Made by a program: the position numbers and the translations under genes | Notes under the pieces: generated by a model | The model's database searches: none | The model's input: only the letters and a program-made list of their open reading frames with translations | What the model was told of the DNA's origin: nothing | Source: a virus | Lineage: Duplodnaviria > Heunggongvirae > Uroviricota > Caudoviricetes | Virus record (IMG/VR): IMGVR_UViG_3300034157_000063 | DNA length: 64,000 nucleotides | Strand: one strand, 5' to 3' | In this document: one piece after another, positions 42,618 to 53,067 of the stretch | Layout: every line of letters begins with the position of its first letter | Position numbering within the stretch: the stretch's first letter is position 1

Positions 42618-43268
42618 TTAACTATTGTTTGAATTTTTAAAGTTATCTTCTATTTTTTTCATTGTTTCAAAAATTTCTTTAAATAGCTTATTCTCATAAG
42701 TAACAAGATTAGCTAGAATGTTAGGTAAGGTGGATTCTCTTTTGTATGGTTCGCTTCTGATATAGTCAAAAGTAAAATGGTGTATATTAATAGTGATGTC
42801 ATCATTATATACTTCATTTTTTGAACGAGCTTCATCCGATCTTCTTTCTAATTCTAAATAGGCATCTTCAACATAATCATCGTCAACTACAACACCATTG
42901 TCCGCATCAAAATCTTTGTATTCTGATGGGTTTGTTAAGTATTCAACTTCTGGTATTAACAATGTTATTTCTTGGTCATAATTGTAGAATGGGTGATATT
43001 GCTTATTTTGGGGATTTAAAATAGGCTCGCCATATCGTAAAGAAACCATCTTAAAAAAACTATGTACGAAACAACTTTCAACCAGATTTAATCCACTAAA
43101 GCTTATATATAGACCTTTATCATAATGGACTGCATAACTATGTTCTGTTGGAAACTGTGAAACATAAATAGACTCATTATTTGATAAAAATTTTGAATCT
43201 TTCAATATCGCTTCAAGTTCATCTGCAGGAGCGTCTTTCTTTAAATGTAAGGACATTGAATATCCCAT
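42618..43268 (-). CDS. hypothetical protein, paralogue of 43283..43918
   Basis: Shared MGY.xSLHLK.DAP.DE, EH.YA, G.YIS.S, VES..xH. Confidence 0.8.
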   Translation of the reverse strand: MGYSMSLHLKKDAPADELEAILKDSKFLSNNESIYVSQFPTEHSYAVHYDKGLYISFSGLNLVESCFVHSFFKMVSLRYGEPILNPQNKQYHPFYNYDQEITLLIPEVEYLTNPSEYKDFDADNGVVVDDDYVEDAYLELERRSDEARSKNEVYNDDITINIHHFTFDYIRSEPYKRESTLPNILANLVTYENKLFKEIFETMKKIEDNFKNSNNS

Positions 43269-43282
43269 AGCATACACCTCAA

Positions 43283-43918
43283 CTATTGGTAGATTTCTGT
43301 TATTTTTGTGGTTGATGGATAATTTTCTAATAGTTTTTGTTTAATCGACTTAAATTCTTTTTCAGCCAAACGAAGTCTTTTAAACTCACCACTTAAAAAT
43401 TTAACGACTTTTAATGAAAACCAGAGATCATCTCTTTTTGGGGATTCGTTATACTTTGATGTTTCAAAGTATTGAAACACTCGTTCGTCATCATCTTCAT
43501 AGTCTTCGTTATCGTTTTTATTTTCTTTCACAATTACATTATCAAACATCTTATACTGATATTGTGATGGACTTAATTTACCTAACTCATTTTCAGACAA
43601 TATAAAGATTACAGCGTTATCATACATGTAATATGGCACATTTTTTCTTAACTTATGATGTTTAGTTCGTAATCCATAGTGAACGGATACTAAATAAATT
43701 AATGCATGAATAAGATAAGATTCAACTGTGTGAACAATACTATAGCTAATGTAAACGCCAAAGCCATTAGGGCTTTTAATAGCATAGCCATGCTCATCTG
43801 AGTTGGTTGTCACCCTGATTGATGGGTTATATCTAATGGTGGGCGAATTTTCTAAAAAACTCACAATTTCATCAATTGGAGCATCTTCTTTTAAGTGCAA
43901 TGATAATGTATATCCCAT
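43283..43918 (-). CDS. hypothetical protein, tandem paralogue
   Basis: GAGG RBS; aligns with 42618. Confidence 0.8.
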   Translation of the reverse strand: MGYTLSLHLKEDAPIDEIVSFLENSPTIRYNPSIRVTTNSDEHGYAIKSPNGFGVYISYSIVHTVESYLIHALIYLVSVHYGLRTKHHKLRKNVPYYMYDNAVIFILSENELGKLSPSQYQYKMFDNVIVKENKNDNEDYEDDDERVFQYFETSKYNESPKRDDLWFSLKVVKFLSGEFKRLRLAEKEFKSIKQKLLENYPSTTKITEIYQ

Positions 43919-43981
43919 TCTGATTTACCTCAATAAATTTTGTCGATAGTAACATTTTTAAAACACACCCGTCAAGCATTA

Positions 43982-44776
43982 TTAGCTTGACATGGACATT
44001 TTTCTGTTTTCAATGGCTGTGTCATAAAATGGCGTGCCATGTGTTGAGTTATCGACCAGAGCTTTAATGAGGTTTTTTGAAGCTGATGTTGGATCAACTT
44101 TAACCATTTGTTCAAAGTCATTACGAATGCCTTCAACAGTGTGGAAAACATCCTTCCAACTAACAAACCAGTCATCTTTATTGTTGAAGTTCCTAATCCA
44201 ATCTTCTGTTTGAATAGTTGACTCCAAACCAGCACGAAGTTGTTCACGACGAGCAGTAATCTTCTTGAATACTTCATTATGATCTTTAAACATTAAAATA
44301 TCATCAGTCACATTAACCGGCTCATAACCAAACATTTCAATCACATCATCACACCAGATGCGTTGTTTGAAGGTGTGCTGTCTCAATTCAGGCTCAAAGT
44401 AATAGATAAACACTTCCGACATAAGCGAAGCTTCCAGTTCGTTTTGCCACATGGCTGCTTTCCACTCTTCAAAGTTATCAAACTTCTTCTCAGGGAACGA
44501 GATAAGGTGATAGAACTCATGAAAGAAGAACAAGTCATGGATATATGGGTTTTCATATTGACGATGACCGATGTGGTAGAACCATAGGAACATGTGTTTA
44601 TATTCCAAGTCATTAGAGTAATCGAATACAAACAAACCTTTTTCTTTAAGTCGAGTAATCATGAGATCAACGACTGATCCTTCTTTCTTTTGAAGGTTTT
44701 TGAAGAAATCTGTTTTCCAGTTATTATAGATAAAGTCATCCATATTTTCACTTGATACAAATTGAATGTTATTCAT
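43982..44776 (-). CDS. HExxH-containing hypothetical protein coupled to the PLP enzyme
   Basis: FFHEFYH...NELEAS; overlaps the end of the upstream gene. Confidence 0.65.
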   Translation of the reverse strand: MNNIQFVSSENMDDFIYNNWKTDFFKNLQKKEGSVVDLMITRLKEKGLFVFDYSNDLEYKHMFLWFYHIGHRQYENPYIHDLFFFHEFYHLISFPEKKFDNFEEWKAAMWQNELEASLMSEVFIYYFEPELRQHTFKQRIWCDDVIEMFGYEPVNVTDDILMFKDHNEVFKKITARREQLRAGLESTIQTEDWIRNFNNKDDWFVSWKDVFHTVEGIRNDFEQMVKVDPTSASKNLIKALVDNSTHGTPFYDTAIENRKMSMSS

Positions 44777-45752
44777 TGTTTACAACCTTATTAATGATTT
44801 TTTCAAGGGTTGGTGTAATACACACTCTAATTTCTTTAGAATTTTTACTGCGTGACAATAACTTCTCATGTTCAAAGGTGTCTTTCACAATAGTGGTCAG
44901 CAACAAAGCATCCGAATTTCTAATTTTTAGATTCATGACACTTTCTAGTTTCTTAATAGCTTTCAACTTTTGCTCATTGTATTTTTTAGGGAAGTAATAA
45001 ACATTGAACTGTTTCATTAATTCTTCACCATAACGCATTGAGAATACGTTTTTAAACCACATATTACCATACAGCAATGGATTTGCCTCTTTCAAGAAAA
45101 CACCACCAATACGATGGTAATAAACACCAAAGGCTTTGCTTAAACTGAAGAAGACACCTTTAATGATTTCAAAATCCAAATAAATGCTATATTCTTTTGA
45201 AATGCAACCAACATAAACGGTATCAATGTAAACCGATACATTGTCGTAGATTGAAAGGTAACTCATAAAGGCATTGAATTCATTCCAAACGTTTCCTTCA
45301 ATAGAGCTTGGTTGGCTAATAAAGAAACTACCACCTTGTTCAAATTCTTTGGCATACTCAGTGTATTTTTCACGGTTAATTTTAACAACCACCATATTGA
45401 GAGCAGTCGCTACAGCTTCATAGCCTTCATATTCACCATCGAATACGAAAATTCGTTTGTTTTCTTTTGTAGACAAATAAGCTAATTGTTCACGAATGGC
45501 TTCGGAAGCACCATTAGTTGGATAGAAGAACGGAAAATCATCCCAGTTTACAGTGAGATTAGGTTTGGACCATTCTTTAAAAGTTTCGGCAAAGGATAGA
45601 TGGTAGTTATCTTGTTTTTTAGTCCATGTTTCCGAGTACATATCATGAAGCCCTTCGGATTTATTCCAAAGTGATTCTAATACTTTTTTTGTCTCAGGGA
45701 AACACAGCGAGTAAACAGTTTTTGAGATTCCAAATTCTTCAATAATATCCAT
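44769..45752 (-). CDS. fold-type I PLP-dependent enzyme (aminotransferase/decarboxylase-like)
   Basis: PTNGASEAI, QPSSIEGN, IDTVY, FSLSKAFG (Schiff-base Lys), RIG. Confidence 0.75.
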   Translation of the reverse strand: MDIIEEFGISKTVYSLCFPETKKVLESLWNKSEGLHDMYSETWTKKQDNYHLSFAETFKEWSKPNLTVNWDDFPFFYPTNGASEAIREQLAYLSTKENKRIFVFDGEYEGYEAVATALNMVVVKINREKYTEYAKEFEQGGSFFISQPSSIEGNVWNEFNAFMSYLSIYDNVSVYIDTVYVGCISKEYSIYLDFEIIKGVFFSLSKAFGVYYHRIGGVFLKEANPLLYGNMWFKNVFSMRYGEELMKQFNVYYFPKKYNEQKLKAIKKLESVMNLKIRNSDALLLTTIVKDTFEHEKLLSRSKNSKEIRVCITPTLEKIINKVVNNE

Positions 45753-45819
45753 TTCTAGTCCTCTTTCGTATAGTATTATTATACTACAACAGGAGGAAAA
45801 CATCAATCACTTGTTTGAA

Positions 45820-46152
45820 TTAAAGTGTAAAAGATTGTCCGCAACCACAGGTTGTGGTGGCTTGTGGGTTATTAACAATGAATTTAGATCCTAGGATATC
45901 ACTGGTATAATCTATTTGTGAGTTTTCTATATACTGATAGCTAAGTGGATCAATCAGTAATCTTGAACCGGGAACTTGAATGTCGTCTTCTTCCATAGTG
46001 GGTACCACATCAAACATATACTGGAATCCCGAGCAACCACCCCCCTGAATATACAGGCGTATAAATTCATTCTCTTTTAATATTGTTTTTATTTTTTCAT
46101 TAGCATTCTCTGAGATGGTTATTCTAATGTTTGGATCAAATTCGGTAATCAT
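45820..46152 (-). CDS. erpA: A-type Fe-S carrier (ErpA/IscA)
   Basis: IRLYIQGGGCSGFQY, DPLSYQY, NPQATTTCGCGQSF. Confidence 0.88.
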   Translation of the reverse strand: MITEFDPNIRITISENANEKIKTILKENEFIRLYIQGGGCSGFQYMFDVVPTMEEDDIQVPGSRLLIDPLSYQYIENSQIDYTSDILGSKFIVNNPQATTTCGCGQSFTL

Positions 46153-46245
46153 TTTTATCTCCGTTATAATATATCAACTATATTAACATTTCAAAAAAAA
46201 TAAGCAATAAAAAACCCCGACATGTCGAGGCTTTAAAGTTTTTGA

Positions 46246-47010
46246 TTATCTATCAAAAGGTGTTGGTTTTGGTTTCATATTAGGATTGATGTAATAAGGA
46301 TTGTTCAAATTTGGATTTTTAATTGTATTACTTGTTCCCAAATCAGGTGGTTCTCTATCTTGCATATCCACTTCAAGCTCTAACCCCGCAAGACTTGATG
46401 AATAATCTATATCAGAATCTTTTTGATACATCTTAATACCAGACGTTTGATCAATGTTGTCATATTTGTCACTGACATCAAAATCATCAATCACAGTCAT
46501 TGCTCTTTGCACAAAACCTTCTATCTTTGGTCCACGGAACCCCAATTGTCCCACAAAGCTTCTGAATGATTCTTCTAGTTCTGCTGGTGAAGCTGGAGAA
46601 TCATTGCCGTCATCGTGAGCATAGTGAGCCATAACAAATTTAGCCATCAATTCAGGTGTGAGAATGCTTTCTAATTGACTCATACATTCTTCTTCTGTCA
46701 TGGTTGGATCATTGTCATTAGTGACACCAGCCGTTTGTTCAGGTGCAGGCTTTAACTCTTGTTCAGGTCTGTATCTAAAATCATTTTCATTTTTTAAGGC
46801 AGGTTCCATTTCCAAATCCAATCTATTAGCGAGTTCAGGATTAATGGTTAAATCTCGTTCAGGTCTATAAGTAAGTTCTTGTTCATTCTTTAATGATCTA
46901 ATTCTTTCAAGTTGTGCGTCGTTAGATATTTCAGGATTTAATTCAACTTTACGCTTAATGTCATTGGTTGGCATAGGCTTCTGATTGAGGTCATATTTTA
47001 ATTTATCCAT
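46246..47010 (-). CDS. orphan protein with internal repeats and K/P-rich tail
   Basis: LKNE..x.YRPE..L twice, NPE[IL] twice; ends KPKPTPFDR. Confidence 0.75.
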   Translation of the reverse strand: MDKLKYDLNQKPMPTNDIKRKVELNPEISNDAQLERIRSLKNEQELTYRPERDLTINPELANRLDLEMEPALKNENDFRYRPEQELKPAPEQTAGVTNDNDPTMTEEECMSQLESILTPELMAKFVMAHYAHDDGNDSPASPAELEESFRSFVGQLGFRGPKIEGFVQRAMTVIDDFDVSDKYDNIDQTSGIKMYQKDSDIDYSSSLAGLELEVDMQDREPPDLGTSNTIKNPNLNNPYYINPNMKPKPTPFDR

Positions 47011-47071
47011 GTTTTTCTCAATGTTCTCTTATAGTCATTGTAGCATAAATAAATGAAAAAGCCATAATTTC

Positions 47072-48214
47072 TTATGGCTTGATAGGCTTTCTTGTAACAG
47101 TTTGTGTTTCTTTTATCTGACCAGCAGCAACAGCTTCACGGTAGGCGACTTTACAATTTTTCAAAAATTCTTCTTTTTCAGTTAATTTTTTTGTAACAAC
47201 AGGTGCAGGTGGTGTAACTGCTTGTTGTCTTTCCTGTTCAAGCTTTTGTTGAATGAAAGCCGCAGGAGATGGAGCTTTATCCCCAGCAGGTCGTTGTTGT
47301 GGCGTTACTGGTCTTGGCTGTGCAGACTGGGCTGGTGCTGCAGCTTTTTGTGGAGCTGGTGTTGCTTGTGGTGTTTTTTGAGCATTAGTATTTTCAACAG
47401 GCTTCTTAGCTGGATAGCTTGGTTTTGCACCCGTTTTATTTTGGTATCCTGCTTTATTGTTTTGTGCAGGTTTTTCAAATAATTTTTCCAATGACATCAA
47501 GTCAAGATCAGGGAATTTTTCAGCCAACATTTTAAGTTGATGAACGTTGAAAGACAATGACATTGCATATTTTTTTACTTTAATACCTTCTTTCTCTTCC
47601 TCTTTGATATACAACATTGCTCCTTCTTTTTGCATCATTCTGACAAGAGCATCTACACCTTTTGATGAAATACTGATGGCCTTTGCAATTTCTTCGGTTG
47701 TTAACATTCTTCTTGATTCTTTTAATGCCTTCATCATAGCCGTAAACTTTGGATTGTTGTATGACTGTTGTACAACTAATGGTTTCAAACCAGCCGCAAT
47801 AATCTCATCAGCGTGCTTTTGTTCTGGGGTGGTTCGTGCTGTAGTAGGCATTTCGTTTTGTGTTGGGGTTGCTTTATAGTTTTGTTTGATTGCATTCTTA
47901 GCCCACAATCTTTCACGAAGTTCATCCATCGCTTGCATCGACGCCATAACAGCTTTTTCTAAGTCAACACGAAAAAATTCTCGGCTTTCATTTGTTCTGA
48001 AACGAGTAAGTCTAGTATGAATAAGTTCTTCACACAACATGGCATCTTCTACGAACCAGTATTTTTCAACGAAGAATGGTGTAGGCACGCCAGTTGTAAA
48101 TAGGTCGAAGGATCTATCATAAGGAGAGTTTTGTGTGTAGCCTATCTTTAAGTCTTTTAATGATTCATTACTTAATATATAGACATAGCCCGGATTTTCG
48201 AATTTTAATGTCAT
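47072..48214 (-). CDS. T5orf172/GIY-YIG domain protein with HTH-like region and Pro/Ala/Gln linker
   Basis: GYVYILSN...KIGYT...R...TGVPTPF...E..IH..L...R....REFF; LTTEEIAKAISIS; ends RKPIKP. Confidence 0.8.
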   Translation of the reverse strand: MTLKFENPGYVYILSNESLKDLKIGYTQNSPYDRSFDLFTTGVPTPFFVEKYWFVEDAMLCEELIHTRLTRFRTNESREFFRVDLEKAVMASMQAMDELRERLWAKNAIKQNYKATPTQNEMPTTARTTPEQKHADEIIAAGLKPLVVQQSYNNPKFTAMMKALKESRRMLTTEEIAKAISISSKGVDALVRMMQKEGAMLYIKEEEKEGIKVKKYAMSLSFNVHQLKMLAEKFPDLDLMSLEKLFEKPAQNNKAGYQNKTGAKPSYPAKKPVENTNAQKTPQATPAPQKAAAPAQSAQPRPVTPQQRPAGDKAPSPAAFIQQKLEQERQQAVTPPAPVVTKKLTEKEEFLKNCKVAYREAVAAGQIKETQTVTRKPIKP

Positions 48215-48338
48215 TTTATGCTATCTTTGATTTATTACTATTCATTATAACATAATAATGTGATAAATAAAAACCTCATTTTATTTTTTTATTTCAATTT
48301 CATGTTATAATAAGAATATCAAACAAGAAGACTTACTT

Positions 48339-49118
48339 ATGGAAAATAACACAAAAAAGATAGTCGATAGTTACATAGATGAACTTAATAAAGAGAACAT
48401 GTCTTACAGTACTGAAATGGTTGTTCGTAACAGTGATAGTAAGTTCCCTTATCTTGGATTATCTGTGTATGACGAATTGACCAATGTTAAAGAACTCATA
48501 TTACTCAGTAACAAAGAACATCCAGAAACATTAGATGATGTTAAGTTCTTAGTCGTTGAGATCTATAAAATACCAACGCCGGAAGGTCATCACTTTGGCG
48601 TTCCGTCATTCCTTTATGTTGATAAAGTTACAAATGATGAACAGATTTCCCGTTATACACTTACCGATGATGATATTAAGACCTACGCTAACCCTGTAGA
48701 TGCTGTTATTTCTGCTATAAAAAATTTCGAATTAGACAATTATCAAAGAAAAATGTCTGTAGACAATATTGCGGAAAATATTAATGCCCTATCTGATGGT
48801 GATCCTTTCAATGATGAAATTGCTGGTTTGGTATTGGCACAAGCTGTTACAAAGTCATTAAATACTGAAAATGTAAATTTATTTGAAACTGCAATTGACC
48901 TAGATGTTCCGAAATTAGTAGTTTCATGTCCTAAATATGACAACTGGGCTGATATAGTTAATACAGGCGAAGAGGGTAGTCTTCATAATCAAGTGGTTTC
49001 TTTTACTAGTGAAAACTTTGCAAAATTTGTTGATGAGACATTAGATACCGCTAGGGTCTATTGTTTGAATACATTAAAAGATAAAAAAAACAACAATCAT
49101 AAAATAAAGCCTTCGTAA
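48339..49118 (+). CDS. orphan protein with Lys-rich tail
   Basis: Acidic body; ends KKNNNHKIKPS. Confidence 0.75.
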   Translation: MENNTKKIVDSYIDELNKENMSYSTEMVVRNSDSKFPYLGLSVYDELTNVKELILLSNKEHPETLDDVKFLVVEIYKIPTPEGHHFGVPSFLYVDKVTNDEQISRYTLTDDDIKTYANPVDAVISAIKNFELDNYQRKMSVDNIAENINALSDGDPFNDEIAGLVLAQAVTKSLNTENVNLFETAIDLDVPKLVVSCPKYDNWADIVNTGEEGSLHNQVVSFTSENFAKFVDETLDTARVYCLNTLKDKKNNNHKIKPS

Positions 49119-49187
49119 GAAGGTTTTTTCTTGCTTAATATTCGATATTTTGATAGTATACAGAGATTCATCTTATGGGGTATTTTT

Positions 49188-49886
49188 ATGGATTTTGATA
49201 ATTTTGTATTTACTAAGCGAAATGATAACTACACGTTATCGCTTCTTGACTACCTGCAGCTTGTTCAGGAATCGAGTCAACATGAATCCATTAGAACACT
49301 AAAATACCATACTCGTAAGGTGGATGTTAATGGCGTTCAAGATATTTCTACACCTGAAATCTATATTCAAACAGAACAACACAAAATCCATGTGTTCAAT
49401 CAAGCTGATACTACGCATGAAGCAGCTTATTCATTTACAGGAGCAGGGAATTTTCTTTATTACATTGCCAAGTATCCTACGATAGATCGTGTTCTCACTC
49501 AAATGGAATTCTTACGCCGTATGCATGATGAGTTGCATTCTAGCATGGGTGTTGACAATCCTTTTCTGGATAACCGCACTAGTAGCTATAAAGCAGTTTT
49601 GAAAAATGTTGATGGTGTTATTAAGTTATTTCATGTGCTCAACTATGACACTGGATTTAGAGCTGTGTTTGATCAATCCTTTAACATTGTTGATGTTTAC
49701 TTTCGTCATCCGAATTTAGAGAAGTTTAGAACACGTTCACTTGAAGATAAAAAAGTTATCTTTGCTTTTTTTAATGTTTACTTTCGAAGCCCTTTGCTGA
49801 GAGAAGAACTTTGCAAAAAGTATGATGAATTATCTTTTGAGGAAATTCGTGATTATCTTACTATTTATAGAATGGTTAATATTTAA
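49188..49886 (+). CDS. orphan protein with C-terminal MxxI tag
   Basis: Ends YLTIYRMVNI; C-terminal half resembles 50730 (FD...N......F, K...FAFF..YF). Confidence 0.8.
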   Translation: MDFDNFVFTKRNDNYTLSLLDYLQLVQESSQHESIRTLKYHTRKVDVNGVQDISTPEIYIQTEQHKIHVFNQADTTHEAAYSFTGAGNFLYYIAKYPTIDRVLTQMEFLRRMHDELHSSMGVDNPFLDNRTSSYKAVLKNVDGVIKLFHVLNYDTGFRAVFDQSFNIVDVYFRHPNLEKFRTRSLEDKKVIFAFFNVYFRSPLLREELCKKYDELSFEEIRDYLTIYRMVNI

Positions 49887-49951
49887 TAGAAATCAAAAAA
49901 AGTATAATAAGAAAACATCTGTTGAGGCAGATGTTTTTATTTGTTTATTAT

Positions 49952-50611
49952 TTAAAGTGTTATGTCTGGTGCTTTCTTTAATCTTTGATTTCTATCATAA
50001 GCAACAATTGCTTCTTTTGCCATAATATCAAGCAAAGCATGTTCCATTAACATACACAGTGTTTTTGGCAAATAGCGAAATCTATGATCATCATCAAGTA
50101 ATTTTAATTGTTTTTTTGCAATTGAACGGCCTTTTTGTGTCGGTAAGGTAAATTCTCTAGTGTGTAATCTCATTTTAGACAAGAAAAAATCAATATCGAA
50201 TGGACTCAATCGACTGTAATCAGTGGGATCATGTTTAAATACTTCTGTAGTTATTTTTGCAATAGACTCCATAAGGTCTATATAATTAGTTAAAGATCTT
50301 ATCGTTGATGGACTGTAGCTATTAGAAGGTTTAAATAAAGTAGAGAGTAGATGATTAACGTCGCCGCCTGATAATATTTCATGTTTGATATTATCTTCAC
50401 AGGCTACGGATAAGTTATATTGTGCAAATTCTGTATTAAATTGTGACACCAATTCTTCAACAGTCATAGAACCAATACTTTCGCCATCACGAGTTTGAAA
50501 GCCATTATTCTGATAGGCTGCTGTTCGCCTCTCAATATGTCGTGTTAATGTGTGCTTAAAGAAACTGCAGTTTAATTGTTCCTGTTCTAATTGATAGGCT
50601 GTCAACATCAA
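49952..50611 (-). CDS. orphan protein with basic tail
   Basis: 219 aa, ends RLKKAPDITL. Confidence 0.7.
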   Translation of the reverse strand: MMLTAYQLEQEQLNCSFFKHTLTRHIERRTAAYQNNGFQTRDGESIGSMTVEELVSQFNTEFAQYNLSVACEDNIKHEILSGGDVNHLLSTLFKPSNSYSPSTIRSLTNYIDLMESIAKITTEVFKHDPTDYSRLSPFDIDFFLSKMRLHTREFTLPTQKGRSIAKKQLKLLDDDHRFRYLPKTLCMLMEHALLDIMAKEAIVAYDRNQRLKKAPDITL

Positions 50612-50729
50612 TAAATCCTCATTATTTTAACCATTATAGCATAAAATCATTGTGAATTAAAGAAATCCTTTAACTTTACTTTTTGTTTGATTTTTGTTAT
50701 AATAACGCTCTATTACAGAGGATTCATAC

Positions 50730-51449
50730 GTGGATAAATTAGAAGTCGCCCAGTTAATCAAATCATACATTTTATCTTTTGAAGATGTGAAGTGTGAAGA
50801 CGATGATGGCTTTTTAGATTTATACATTCATGAAAAGGCTAAGCCGGGTGGTTTGATTCATTTAAACAATGAAAATGATTATACGAATAAAACACTATTC
50901 AGTTATGAGAAATATGAAAACTATCATATCTTTTTTATGAACACTGCCGGTGGTGTAAATAATCTCTTCAAAATAGTGGATATGGCGACTCATCCATCTA
51001 GTAAAAATGCATTAACATACCATGAACGCATTCTGAGTAATTTAAAATTTGTTCGTTCTTATTGTTCTGCATTGGAAGAAGCAATCCCGACCAAATACAA
51101 GTTACTGCAAGATGAACGACTGGATAGGTTTAGAATTGATCTTGATGACACTTCTGGTCATTTTGTGATTAGTCATACTACGGCCTTCTTTTCATACCAT
51201 TATTCGGCTGTTTATGTGACCTTTATATTTGACAAAAATCATAATTTGATTAATATAGGATTTGAAGATTCTCATGTAAAAGAAGTCATGAAAGACTTAA
51301 CTATTGAGAAAAAAGCCAAAGCTTTTGCTTTTTTTATTGATTACTTTATTGAGAAAGATTTTAGAGAACTTGTTAATATAGATTATAAAGAAGTCAATAT
51401 AGATAATCTTGATGATTATTTGTTATTGCACGCCATGAAAGAGGTTTAA
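50730..51449 (+). CDS. orphan protein with C-terminal MxxV tag
   Basis: TGTTATAAT, GAGGA, GTG start; ends YLLLHAMKEV. Confidence 0.8.
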   Translation: MDKLEVAQLIKSYILSFEDVKCEDDDGFLDLYIHEKAKPGGLIHLNNENDYTNKTLFSYEKYENYHIFFMNTAGGVNNLFKIVDMATHPSSKNALTYHERILSNLKFVRSYCSALEEAIPTKYKLLQDERLDRFRIDLDDTSGHFVISHTTAFFSYHYSAVYVTFIFDKNHNLINIGFEDSHVKEVMKDLTIEKKAKAFAFFIDYFIEKDFRELVNIDYKEVNIDNLDDYLLLHAMKEV

Positions 51450-51450
51450 C

Positions 51451-52104
51451 ATGTATTTTGTAGATGGAATGGATTTGTCAACTATATTTAAGGGAGTATT
51501 TCCTTATTATACCCAAGGATTTAGGCTAAAAAAGATTAATCGCAGTGAGTTAGAAGGTTATGATGCCTTGAAAGAATCTCTTTCTACACCTTTGGATCAT
51601 AATATGTCTTACGGTAGGTTGGTTAATAATTTTGGCGAAGAGTTAGGAATGTTTCAAACTGTGAATAATAAGACTAAAGTCTTATTTAACAGCGAATTCA
51701 TTTTCTCTCAGATAAACAATGTTGACAAGACGGTTAATCATTATTACTTGACGTTTGCTTTTTACTTGAATAACGATTTCACCTTTAAATCATTTAGTTT
51801 TGATTTTTTGTATTCATTTAAACCCTACACTGACAATGGTTCTGCAAAGGATAGGTATAGTAATCATATTGAGCTTATTTTAGAAGATGACTTTGTAAAA
51901 ATTACTACAGATGAAGTCGATTATGATTTAAAGGGAACCCATACTATATTTGAAATTTTACCTGATTTTGTGTTGGCATGTATTTATAATGCGAATAATG
52001 ATATTGTAAAGGATGACCATTTTGATCTTAATCTTATCCTTCAAGGTCAAAAAATTGATGATAAAAAACGATGTAAAGATTTGCTTAGTATGATCTCTTA
52101 TTAA
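51451..52104 (+). CDS. orphan protein with C-terminal MxxY tag
   Basis: Ends KDLLSMISY. Confidence 0.78.
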   Translation: MYFVDGMDLSTIFKGVFPYYTQGFRLKKINRSELEGYDALKESLSTPLDHNMSYGRLVNNFGEELGMFQTVNNKTKVLFNSEFIFSQINNVDKTVNHYYLTFAFYLNNDFTFKSFSFDFLYSFKPYTDNGSAKDRYSNHIELILEDDFVKITTDEVDYDLKGTHTIFEILPDFVLACIYNANNDIVKDDHFDLNLILQGQKIDDKKRCKDLLSMISY

Positions 52105-52122
52105 AAATATATAAAAACCATG

Positions 52123-52151
52123 TTGACATGGTTTTAAATCCAAGGTATTAT
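52123..52151 (+). promoter_or_regulatory. sigma70-type promoter of tRNA-Met, -35 inside a palindrome
   Basis: TTGACA-N17-TATTAT; AAAACCATG-TTGA-CATGGTTTT overlaps the -35. Confidence 0.75.
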
Positions 52152-52204
52152 ATAAAAACGAAATAAAGAACAATTCTTAAATGAATATTTTTATTTTACT
52201 TAGT

Positions 52205-52279
52205 CGCAGGGTGGAGAAGTGGTATCTCGTTAGGCTCATAACCTGAAGATCGTGGGTTCAATTCCCGCCCCTGCAACCA
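52205..52279 (+). tRNA. tRNA-Met(CAT), initiator-like
   Basis: Cloverleaf, CTCATAA loop, C1:A72 mismatch, TTCAATT T-loop, encoded CCA. Confidence 0.93.
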
Positions 52280-52464
52280 GATTTAGTTTGAAAAAAATAG
52301 GTGATACGCTACCGTAAATGCGAACTTGAAATATAATTAGCCGTTTAGGCAAGATTTAAAACCACTTAGGTGGTTTTTTTGCTTCAGTACTTTTATTTTT
52401 TTGACATGTTTAAATTTAAATCATATCATAAATATAATTTAAATGACATATTAAGAGGGTAATC

Positions 52465-53058
52465 ATGTTTAAAACTATTTCTATTGCTTTATCACTATTA
52501 ACAGTTGGGATTGCATCGGCTGACAGCAATTTCAAAGCCGGTCAATATGAGTTTGTTAAAATGGCTGTAACGCCTGACAATCGAGTAGAAGGCTATTATC
52601 ATGAAGTCATGGGTGAAGGTGTTACCAGAACGTGTACGTTCTTTTTCGAAGGGGCTATTGTTCCTGATGGTTCTACTTATGTAAAAACATGGTCAGGCAC
52701 CAGTAAGATTGATGGTGTTGTTGATAATCAACTTGATTCACTTTTTATGGAATTAGCTGATGACCATCCGGGTTGTTCAAGTGTTGGTGCAAGTCAAGCT
52801 AAATATGGTTTGAATTTCTCATTACTTGAAAAGAAACCTTGGATCGGATTAGGTGTTATCACAGAAGCTAAGGTTTATCTAAACAGTGCTCCTATTGCTG
52901 GCACAGAAGGTAAAGTCTATATTGTAGAAGATGACGTATTTAGTATTATTGAAGTTAAAGATGACTATACATCAATTGAATACATTAATGATGATAACAA
53001 GTCTTTTACAGGTTGGATAAAAACATCTAGTTATTCTGGCATTAAAGATGCAAAATGA
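52465..53058 (+). CDS. exported protein with C-terminal SH3-like domain
   Basis: Signal peptide (ASA|DS); C-terminal YIVEDD.F.IIE...Y..IEY......TGWI. Confidence 0.6.
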   Translation: MFKTISIALSLLTVGIASADSNFKAGQYEFVKMAVTPDNRVEGYYHEVMGEGVTRTCTFFFEGAIVPDGSTYVKTWSGTSKIDGVVDNQLDSLFMELADDHPGCSSVGASQAKYGLNFSLLEKKPWIGLGVITEAKVYLNSAPIAGTEGKVYIVEDDVFSIIEVKDDYTSIEYINDDNKSFTGWIKTSSYSGIKDAK

Positions 53059-53067
53059 TGGGTTGAA

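Noticed and set aside
52205-52279. tRNA-Ile2(CAT) as the TilS substrate
   Set aside because: The C1:A72 mismatch and overall sequence fit an initiator tRNA better.
52299-52353. Two small hairpins after tRNA-Met (CGC/GCG, GCC-GTTTA-GGC) with a purine-riboswitch-like CCGTAAA
   Set aside because: The stems are too short and the rest of the purine aptamer core is absent.
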